Below are positions 36,572-42,491 of a DNA stretch of 42,491 nt, in pieces. A program made the position numbers and the translations under genes. Source of the DNA: an uncultured bacterium (GTDB lineage: Bacteria; Fidelibacterota; Marinisomatia; Marinisomatales; Marinisomataceae); the NCBI GenBank assembly GCA_965656415.1, contig CBFHKL010000004.1, forward strand, positions 1 through 42,491, read 5' to 3'. The notes beneath the pieces are model-generated. The model searched no databases. It worked only from the letters and a program-made list of their open reading frames with translations, and was not told where the DNA came from. Within the stretch, counting starts at the first letter, position 1. The number at the start of each line of letters is the position of its first letter.

Positions 36572-37672
36572 ATGAAAATAGAAAACCTTTCTGAAAAAAA
36601 CGTTTTAAAACTTGTTGTCGTAACATTATCATCGATAATGCTTCTAACCACTGCTGTTGTTCTATCGTTCAATATGGATACTTTAAAACAAAATTTTTTC
36701 GATAAACAAGTTAAAATCTTAACAGTTATTCCAGAAAATGAAGAAAATATCCTCAGAGTTGTATTTACTGGTGTTAGTTCACCATTAACACCTCATATTG
36801 CACAACAAAGTGTTGTTTTATCTATAAATAACAAAAACTATGTATTTGATGCAGGCTCGAGATCTACAGCTAATTTTATATCCCAAGGAACGTTGGATGC
36901 AGCGTTTATTGAAGCAGTTTTCATTACGCATACACATTCAGATCATATAGGTAGTTTAGGCGAGCTTGTATTAGCCTCATGGGGTAGAGGAAGAACATCA
37001 TCTCTTCCAGTTTATGGAGCAGGTAAAGAAATTCAGAATGTAGTTGATGGATTCAATCTTGCATACCTACCAGATCGAGAACATAGAACAATCCATCATG
37101 GAGAAGAGTTTTTTAAACCTGAAAATGGTCTTTTAGTAGCTAAAATCTTTAAAATGCCTAATCCAGAAAGATTAGTATTTGAAGACGACAATATAAAAGT
37201 TTTTGCTTTTACAGTACCCCATGGACCTATTCACGGTGCTGTTGGATATAGAATTATTGCTGATGATAGATCAGTGGTTATATCAGGAGATACAGATGTA
37301 ATGAAAGATTATAATTTTTTAAATGGGGTAGATGTGTTAATTCATGAGGCAATAATTGAGGAAATAAGTACAGAAGTTAGTCAATCAGCTTATCGTTTAG
37401 GTAATGATAGAATTGGTGAGATTTTTAAGGATATTAACGATTATCATGCAAACTTAATTGACTATGACAATAACCCAGGATTATTGAGTAGACTTGAAGA
37501 AATAGATTTAGGTATATTAGCACTAATTCATATTATTCCTGATAAAGATAATATTATTGTAAAAAGAGAATTAAAGCGCTTTAAATCAAAGTCTAAACAT
37601 AATGTTGTTGTTGCAGATATTAATATGGAAATACAATTACCACTAAACTCGAAGGAGATAATAGTCAAATGA
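36572..37672 (+). CDS. MBL-fold metallo-hydrolase (RNase Z/BN-like) with N-terminal TM anchor
   Basis: HxHxDH motif (THTHSDHIG), downstream SGDT and HEA blocks, and an N-terminal hydrophobic helix. Confidence 0.7.
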   Translation: MKIENLSEKNVLKLVVVTLSSIMLLTTAVVLSFNMDTLKQNFFDKQVKILTVIPENEENILRVVFTGVSSPLTPHIAQQSVVLSINNKNYVFDAGSRSTANFISQGTLDAAFIEAVFITHTHSDHIGSLGELVLASWGRGRTSSLPVYGAGKEIQNVVDGFNLAYLPDREHRTIHHGEEFFKPENGLLVAKIFKMPNPERLVFEDDNIKVFAFTVPHGPIHGAVGYRIIADDRSVVISGDTDVMKDYNFLNGVDVLIHEAIIEEISTEVSQSAYRLGNDRIGEIFKDINDYHANLIDYDNNPGLLSRLEEIDLGILALIHIIPDKDNIIVKRELKRFKSKSKHNVVVADINMEIQLPLNSKEIIVK

Positions 37673-38310
37673 GCATTATTGATAGCTTAAATTGGAGATA
37701 TGCTACTACCAAATTTGATACAGAACGTATCATTTCTGATAGTGACATTGGAAAACTGAAAGAGATTGTAAAGTTATCACCGTCTTCATGGGGCCTTCAG
37801 TTTTATAAAATAATTATTATAACTGATAATGAATTAAAACAAAAATTACTTCCTGCTGCATATAATCAAAACCAAGTAGCTGATTGCTCTCATTTATTTG
37901 TTTTTTGTAGTTTAAAAAAGGTTTTTGAGGAAGATATAGATCAAATGATACATGAGTTCCATAACTTAAGATCAAACGATATAAATTATAGTAAAGAGAG
38001 TACTGACAAGTATGCATCTGGTGCTAAAAAAAGTATTTTAGGTATGGATCCTCAAAAACAATCAGAATGGTTAAACAAGCAATGTTATATAGCTTTAGGT
38101 CAACTAATGGTTGGATGTGCAGATATGCGCATAGATTCTTGCCCTATGGAAGGATTTAAATCAGATGAAGTTGATGAAATCTTAGATCTTCAATCTCAAA
38201 ACTTAACTTCAGTAGTATTATTGCCAATGGGCTTTAGATCTATTGACGATAAATATCAGCATAAAACAAAGGTGAGAAAACCTAATAATCTTCTTTTTGA
38301 AGAACAATAA
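37669..38310 (+). CDS. Nitroreductase-family NAD(P)H oxidoreductase
   Basis: RYATTKF, SPSSWGLQ…KIIIITD and SCPMEGF blocks are typical of the nitroreductase fold. There is an ATGA overlap with the upstream gene. Confidence 0.7.
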   Translation: MSIIDSLNWRYATTKFDTERIISDSDIGKLKEIVKLSPSSWGLQFYKIIIITDNELKQKLLPAAYNQNQVADCSHLFVFCSLKKVFEEDIDQMIHEFHNLRSNDINYSKESTDKYASGAKKSILGMDPQKQSEWLNKQCYIALGQLMVGCADMRIDSCPMEGFKSDEVDEILDLQSQNLTSVVLLPMGFRSIDDKYQHKTKVRKPNNLLFEEQ

Positions 38311-38330
38311 ACTATCTATATTGAATATCT

Positions 38331-39485
38331 ATGGAAACCTTCTTTATAACACTATTCATGCTTGTTTTTTCAGTCGCTATTGGACTAATTGGATATACCT
38401 TATATGGTATGTCAAAAAATATGCCTAAATCAACAGGAGATAGGGAAGAATTACTGAACGAACGAGCAGGCAATATCGCTGTGGATGCAGCCAAAAAGGC
38501 ATTAGATGAAGTTTTGAAACAAAATGCTGAACTTCAAAAGAAAGATTGGGATGGATATAAAAAAGATCTCGATCTTACATTAAATCCTGTAAAAAAATCA
38601 CTAGAAGATTTACAAAAAAATATTTCAGAAGTTGAAAAAGATCGAGTAGAAGATAAAGGAAAGCTTGATGAAAAATTGAAAGATTTAATTGGTACTACTG
38701 AAAGTTTAAGTAGAGCGCTGACATCAAGTTCAGATACTGGTGATTTAGGGGAAACAATTCTACGCAATTTAGTTGAAAAAGCAGGAATGATTAAGTACAT
38801 AGATTTTGTTGAACAGACATCGACAGGAAATAGAAGTATTCCTGATATGGTGATTAATTTACCTGGCGGTGGAAAAATTCCAATTGATTCAAAATTATCT
38901 TTAGAAGCATTTGATCAAGCAATGGAAACTTCGGATAAATCTCAACGTAAATCATTAGAAGAGAAACATGCAAATAATTGTAGAACACTTATGCGCAATT
39001 TGTCAAAACAAGAATATCATAAACAATTTGATGGACCCATTGAATTTGTTGTGATGTTTATTGGTAGTGAACCAGCATATCAAATGGCATTAAAACATGA
39101 TGGTAAACTCTTTCTAGACGGTGCAGACAAAAAGGTATTTGTAGTATCACCTTTATCATTACTTCCATTATTAAGTTTAGTTTCAGAAGCATGGAGACAG
39201 TTTCAATTGAGTACAAATGCTAATCAAGCTATTCAAATTGCAAAGGATTTAACTGATCGTTTAAAAATTTACGAAGATAAATATCAAACAGTGGGAAGCA
39301 GAATTTTAGCACTAGGTAAGGCATATAATTCTTCAGTATCCTCTTACAATGCTCGTTTAAAACCATCAGTTAGAAATCTTCAAAAATTACAAGGTCAACC
39401 AGAAGATTTAATGGACATGGAAAGTGTTCCTGTTGATGTTACACCTGTTATCGAATCCTTAGAAGCAGATAACGAAGAAGAATAG
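38331..39485 (+). CDS. rmuC: DNA recombination protein RmuC
   Basis: N-terminal TM, a long coiled-coil, then the RmuC nuclease-like core (IPDMVINLPGGGKIPIDSKLSLEAF … EFVVMFIGSEPAY). Confidence 0.8.
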   Translation: METFFITLFMLVFSVAIGLIGYTLYGMSKNMPKSTGDREELLNERAGNIAVDAAKKALDEVLKQNAELQKKDWDGYKKDLDLTLNPVKKSLEDLQKNISEVEKDRVEDKGKLDEKLKDLIGTTESLSRALTSSSDTGDLGETILRNLVEKAGMIKYIDFVEQTSTGNRSIPDMVINLPGGGKIPIDSKLSLEAFDQAMETSDKSQRKSLEEKHANNCRTLMRNLSKQEYHKQFDGPIEFVVMFIGSEPAYQMALKHDGKLFLDGADKKVFVVSPLSLLPLLSLVSEAWRQFQLSTNANQAIQIAKDLTDRLKIYEDKYQTVGSRILALGKAYNSSVSSYNARLKPSVRNLQKLQGQPEDLMDMESVPVDVTPVIESLEADNEEE

Positions 39486-39498
39486 AATCTTAAAATAT

Positions 39499-39837
39499 TT
39501 AGCTAATATAGCTTAATGCCCAGTCATTTAATTTATCAAGAACTGGAACCAATGATTTCCCTTTTTTAGTCAATGAATATTCAACTCTTGGAGGAATTTC
39601 AGCATAGATTTTTCTAGAAATTATATTATTCTTTTCTAAGTCTCTTAATTCTCTAGTTAACATATTTTTACTGATACCATCTATACCTCTTTGTAATATG
39701 CCAAAACGATTAATATTTTGAGAAATTCTCATAATGATAATCGGTCTCCATTTTCCACCAATCATATTCATAGAATAGGTAATAGGGCATGATTCTACTG
39801 TGCATCCACATATATCTTCAAAACATTGTTGTTTCAT
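39499..39837 (-). CDS. HxlR-family winged-helix transcriptional regulator
   Basis: CPITYSMNMIGGKWRPIIIMRI…RFGILQRGIDGISKNMLTRELRDLEKNNIISRKIYAEIPPRVEYSLTKKG matches the HxlR pattern almost position by position. Confidence 0.85.
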   Translation of the reverse strand: MKQQCFEDICGCTVESCPITYSMNMIGGKWRPIIIMRISQNINRFGILQRGIDGISKNMLTRELRDLEKNNIISRKIYAEIPPRVEYSLTKKGKSLVPVLDKLNDWALSYIS

Positions 39838-39940
39838 TATAATAGTCCTCTTTTTGTTACTATATTAAAAAATAGTGCCTACTTGTGTAATTTACTATTA
39901 GGTATTAATTTTTCATATAATTTTTTGAAAAGAAAAAAAT

Positions 39941-40243
39941 ATGAAAAAACATCCATACTCAGTACAACTTAAAAAGGGTAAAAATTATGCTTGGTGTGAA
40001 TGCGCTGAATCCAAGTCGCAACCATTTTGCGATGGTAGTCATACAAAAGAAAATAAACGAAATGAAAATTTATTGGAAAATCTTCAAGAAATCAGCTTCA
40101 TTTCAAAAGATTCTAAGATCATTGTGGCAGATACTATGGAACCAGTTATCTTTAGCACTGATAAGGATATAGAAGTTAGTTTGTGTGGATGCAAGGAATC
40201 AAATAATGTTCCATATTGTAGTGGAGCACATGTTAATTTTTAA
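39941..40243 (+). CDS. CDGSH iron-sulfur domain protein (two motifs, second degenerate CSGAH, with inter-motif insertion)
   Basis: CECAESKSQPFCDGSH fits C-x-C-x2-S-x3-P-x-C-D-G-S-H. The second motif is CGCKESNNVPYCSGAH. There are about 30 extra residues between the motifs relative to the next gene. Confidence 0.85.
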   Translation: MKKHPYSVQLKKGKNYAWCECAESKSQPFCDGSHTKENKRNENLLENLQEISFISKDSKIIVADTMEPVIFSTDKDIEVSLCGCKESNNVPYCSGAHVNF

Positions 40244-40260
40244 ATTGAAAGGTAATTAAA

Positions 40261-40488
40261 ATGAGCAATAGAAAAGAACCGCATGTATTAGATATTAAAA
40301 AAGATAAGAATTACGCCTGGTGCCAATGTAGTGAATCTGAAGGTCAACCATTTTGTGATGGTAGTCATGAAAAAACGAAACATCAGCCGATAGTCTTTAA
40401 GTCAGATACATCAAAAGAAGTGGCACTTTGTGGCTGTAAACAATCCAAAAATGCACCATATTGTGATGGAACACATTTAACGTTATAA
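40261..40488 (+). CDS. CDGSH iron-sulfur domain protein (two canonical motifs)
   Basis: CQCSESEGQPFCDGSH and CGCKQSKNAPYCDGTH are present. The N-terminal segment (KKDKNYAWC) is paralogous to the preceding gene (KKGKNYAWC). Confidence 0.85.
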   Translation: MSNRKEPHVLDIKKDKNYAWCQCSESEGQPFCDGSHEKTKHQPIVFKSDTSKEVALCGCKQSKNAPYCDGTHLTL

Positions 40489-40490
40489 TT

Positions 40491-40856
40491 TTGAGTATAG
40501 ATTTAACATACTATAGAGCATTTGTTCTTTTTTTAGCACGATTAGTACTATCTATAATTATCTTCAAAGCAGGTGTTAATAAATTACCAGTTTCGGAGGT
40601 TGGTGGTTTAGTCAAGCAACTACCAGTATTTCTTCAATATTTGGTGGTAATTTTTGAAATTATAGGTCCAATCTTTCTTATGTTAGGTATGCAATTTAAT
40701 AAATTACAATTGCTCGGCTCTGCTATGATTGCAATAGTTATGCTTGGAGCAAGTTATATGAAATATTTTGTTGGTGGGAGTGGTCTATTTTCTAGCGGTA
40801 CAATGTATCCATTTTCATTGTTTTTATTATCCTTGATTTTTCTAACTGAAGATTAA
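40491..40856 (+). CDS. DoxX-like small membrane protein
   Basis: TTG start 2 nt after the upstream stop. It has 3-4 TM helices and an ARLVLSIIIFKAGVNKL opening like DoxX (R…G…f..hG..K). DoxX is a common neighbour of HxlR regulators. Confidence 0.6.
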   Translation: MSIDLTYYRAFVLFLARLVLSIIIFKAGVNKLPVSEVGGLVKQLPVFLQYLVVIFEIIGPIFLMLGMQFNKLQLLGSAMIAIVMLGASYMKYFVGGSGLFSSGTMYPFSLFLLSLIFLTED

Positions 40857-40895
40857 ATTAATTATTATATTTGCTTTCACTTTTAGGGGGAAAAT

Positions 40896-41303
40896 GTGAA
40901 AAAAACTATCTTATCTGTATTAGTTGTAATTTTATTTGCTGTTTTTGTTCAAGAGAAAATTGTAGAACAAGATATACGTAAAGCGATTGTTGTATTTAAT
41001 GAGAATCCAACCTTTACGAAAGAAACAATTGTTGAAACAGACTTTGAAAACGCTGCAGTAACGATTTTTACAGCCTCATGGTGTGGTTATTGTAATGGAG
41101 CAAAGCAATTACTTAATGAAAAAGAAATTACTTTTTTTGAGGTAGACGTAGAAGAGTACAATATTTCAAAACGTAAGTTAAAAGAAATTGGAATTGAAGA
41201 CTTTTTTGTTCCTCAAATCTTTGTTGATGGTGTACCTATTGGTGGGTTTTCAGATCTGAAAAAAATTTTTGGCAGTGATATGCCAGTTCCAAAGGTTTCA
41301 TAA
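40896..41303 (+). CDS. Membrane-anchored glutaredoxin-like protein
   Basis: GTG start after SD GGGGG. N-terminal TM helix, CGYC active site (FTASWCGYC), and PQIFVDGVPIGGFSDL (Grx GSH-site-like block). Confidence 0.75.
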   Translation: MKKTILSVLVVILFAVFVQEKIVEQDIRKAIVVFNENPTFTKETIVETDFENAAVTIFTASWCGYCNGAKQLLNEKEITFFEVDVEEYNISKRKLKEIGIEDFFVPQIFVDGVPIGGFSDLKKIFGSDMPVPKVS

Positions 41304-41310
41304 AATAAAA

Positions 41311-41338
41311 AAGGCGCCTTCGACTTGGCGCCTTTTTT
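41311..41338. terminator. Bidirectional Rho-independent terminator
   Basis: AAGGCGCC (41311-41318), an 8-nt loop, then GGCGCCTT (41327-41334). It is flanked by an A-run upstream and a T-run (to 41338) downstream. It lies between the convergent 3' ends of the glutaredoxin-like gene and the 41361-41867 gene. Confidence 0.75.
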
Positions 41339-41360
41339 GTACTCGAGGTAAGTGAGATAA

Positions 41361-41867
41361 CTATTTTGAGTTACTGTAAGCAAGACTTTCGTCTTCATCG
41401 ACTTGACTAAGTTGTGGTTCAGTCTCATCAATTAAAATATCTTCTACTGCAACTTCGCTTTGTAAGACATCAAATACTTCATCAGCATAGTTAGTAGAAT
41501 AAAGATTTCCATTCCATTCAAACGTATTTCCAGGTCCTAATTCATTTCTAGCAACTAAGAATGCGTCATTAAAAGAGGGTACAGAGGTGGTTTCAATTTC
41601 ACCAGGCGATTCAACATTGTCACTTAATGTTGGCACTGCTTCTGTAGTCATGGCTTCTTCATTGACTGAATTACCCATATTTGCGTTATTAACTAATGAG
41701 GTAATTTCTACATCCACAGTGCCTTCATTGCTAAAGCTTTCTGAGATATTATCGGATAGTTCAACTTCTTCGGACTGATCCATTAGAAAAAACAAGGAAC
41801 CGATACACAAAATTACACCTGCTAACACGAATTTTTCAACATTATTATACATTTTTTTTAACTCCAT
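41361..41867 (-). CDS. Hypothetical signal-anchored acidic protein
   Basis: N-terminal TM (FVLAGVILCIGSLFFL), an acidic low-complexity linker, and a C-terminal block SFNDAFLVARNELGPGNTFEWNGNLYSTNYADE. I recognised no family. Confidence 0.5.
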   Translation of the reverse strand: MELKKMYNNVEKFVLAGVILCIGSLFFLMDQSEEVELSDNISESFSNEGTVDVEITSLVNNANMGNSVNEEAMTTEAVPTLSDNVESPGEIETTSVPSFNDAFLVARNELGPGNTFEWNGNLYSTNYADEVFDVLQSEVAVEDILIDETEPQLSQVDEDESLAYSNSK

Positions 41868-41958
41868 TTGTTATGCCTCTTAATGTCGCTTTCATACTTT
41901 ATTAACAATTATAGGATAAAATGGTTTCCAATTATTTTATTATTATATATTTTTTAAC

Positions 41959-42240
41959 ATGGAAGAAACAATAGCAGTATCGGCATATCTTTTAGTTTGG
42001 GCCTTATTAACAATTAAAGCTTTTGATTTAGCTCAATCTTTGAGAGTTGCAATAAATAATGGGGATACAGTACGACCAATTGCTAAAGCGTTTACTTCTA
42101 TTTTTTGTATTATCGTAGGGTTGCTTTTTATGCAAACACATTTATGGTTAGATGTTTGGAGCAAAGAATTAGTGTATGTCATCCATTTATTTATAATTGG
42201 TTACCAAATGCTAATGATTTGGCTACCAAAACCTGAATAA
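41959..42240 (+). CDS. Small (93 aa) three-helix membrane protein, function unknown
   Basis: ORF with three hydrophobic segments. No motif recognised. Confidence 0.45.
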   Translation: MEETIAVSAYLLVWALLTIKAFDLAQSLRVAINNGDTVRPIAKAFTSIFCIIVGLLFMQTHLWLDVWSKELVYVIHLFIIGYQMLMIWLPKPE

Positions 42241-42248
42241 TACTTAAA

Positions 42249-42491
42249 GTGGAAAAAGTTTTTGTAAGTGGTGGATCTGGATTTATATCACTACATCTAA
42301 TTTCAAAGCTCATTCAAGAGGGCTACAAAGTACGTACATCCCTTCGTTCATTAGATCGCAAGCAAGAAGTAATAGATGCAGTTGAAAAAGAAGTGTCAAC
42401 AGAAGGCATGCTTGAGTTTTGTGAGCTGGATTTATTGAAAGATGAAGGGTGGGATGAAGCAGTTGCTGGGTGTGATTATGTACAACATATT
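42249..42491 (+). CDS. NAD-dependent epimerase/dehydratase (extended SDR, cinnamoyl-CoA/dihydroflavonol reductase-like), 5' partial
   Basis: GTG at 42249. The Rossmann motif is present (VFVSGGSGFISLHLISKL). The frame is open to the window end (81 codons). Confidence 0.7.
   Translation, partial: MEKVFVSGGSGFISLHLISKLIQEGYKVRTSLRSLDRKQEVIDAVEKEVSTEGMLEFCELDLLKDEGWDEAVAGCDYVQHI

Noticed and set aside
36572-39485. Possible defence-like reading of the MBL hydrolase, nitroreductase and RmuC (nuclease-like) genes.
   Set aside because: RmuC is a widespread housekeeping-type gene. No ATPase, helicase, methylase or sensor partner is present, and the neighbours look like unrelated metabolic genes packed together by genome compaction.
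39857-39900. Candidate HxlR operator: TTACTAT at 39857-39863 and 39892-39898, with ACTAT/ATAGT 5-nt inverted arms at 39859-39876.
   Set aside because: The arms are only 5 nt in very AT-rich DNA, so this is not distinguishable from chance without footprinting or motif enrichment.
39987-40172. 61-aa + strand ORF in an alternative frame inside the first CDGSH gene. Similar alternative-frame ORFs lie at 17397-17606, 20776-20970 and 41587-41778.
   Set aside because: They overlap frames that carry clear motifs (the CDGSH signature, propeller repeats, M28 blocks) and have no independent support.
1-42491. I scanned for CRISPR arrays, tRNA/rRNA genes, transposases, integrases, phage genes and toxin-antitoxin or restriction-type defence genes.
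   Set aside because: I saw no repeat-spacer periodicity and no tRNA-like GC-rich cloverleaf segments in the few intergenic gaps. No ORF carries recombinase, helicase or methylase motifs. This was by eye only; tRNAscan, Infernal or PADLOC-type tools would be decisive.
1-42491. Alternative genetic code (TGA recoding, as in some candidate phyla).
   Set aside because: Conserved genes (thrS, pheST, folD, phr) are full length under the standard code. TGA also terminates several well-delimited genes, for example GNAT at 6700-6702 and photolyase at 9009-9011.

Overview
This is a 42.5-kb chromosomal window that is visibly AT-rich (roughly one-third G+C by eye, not computed) and very tightly packed. 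About 50 protein genes are present, all but three on the + strand. Many are joined by 1-8 nt start/stop overlaps (ATGA, GTGA, TAATG).

I recognised no rRNA, tRNA, CRISPR array, transposase, integrase or prophage gene. The standard genetic code fits, since all conserved genes are intact and TGA is used as a stop.

The housekeeping core is thrS-infC-rpmI-rplT-pheS-pheT-zapA-folD (26.9-34.4 kb). It is followed by DUF885, cutA, an MBL hydrolase, a nitroreductase and rmuC.

The rest is envelope, stress or accessory:
- a fatty-acid hydroxylase plus a flavin monooxygenase
- a DUF2207 / heavy-metal-associated (HMA) / small barrel trio
- an overlap-coupled string: GNAT / 48-aa zinc-ribbon (missed by the ORF track) / S1-P1 nuclease / photolyase / PNGase F-like lipoprotein
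- a CADD (CT610)-type putative pABA synthase, then apt, an alkyl-sulfatase and a class IV aminotransferase
- three lipoproteins, two of them tandem paralogs
- a 1234-aa multi-propeller protein with a type IX secretion (T9SS) C-terminal domain
- a FecA-like TonB-dependent receptor whose promoter is bracketed by two copies of a Fur-like 7-1-7 palindrome, followed by a DUF5916 barrel
- an hxlR-divergent redox operon with two tandem double-CDGSH [2Fe-2S] proteins, DoxX and a membrane-anchored glutaredoxin

The T9SS domain, DUF5916, the TonB receptor and the AT-rich streamlined style suggest a marine member of the FCB-group or a relative such as Marinimicrobia. This is inference only.

I found no obvious defence or mobile system. 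The best candidates for something under-described are the CDGSH/DoxX/Grx operon, the photolyase-centred gene string and the lipoprotein triad. All family calls rest on motif recognition by eye; no alignments or searches were run.
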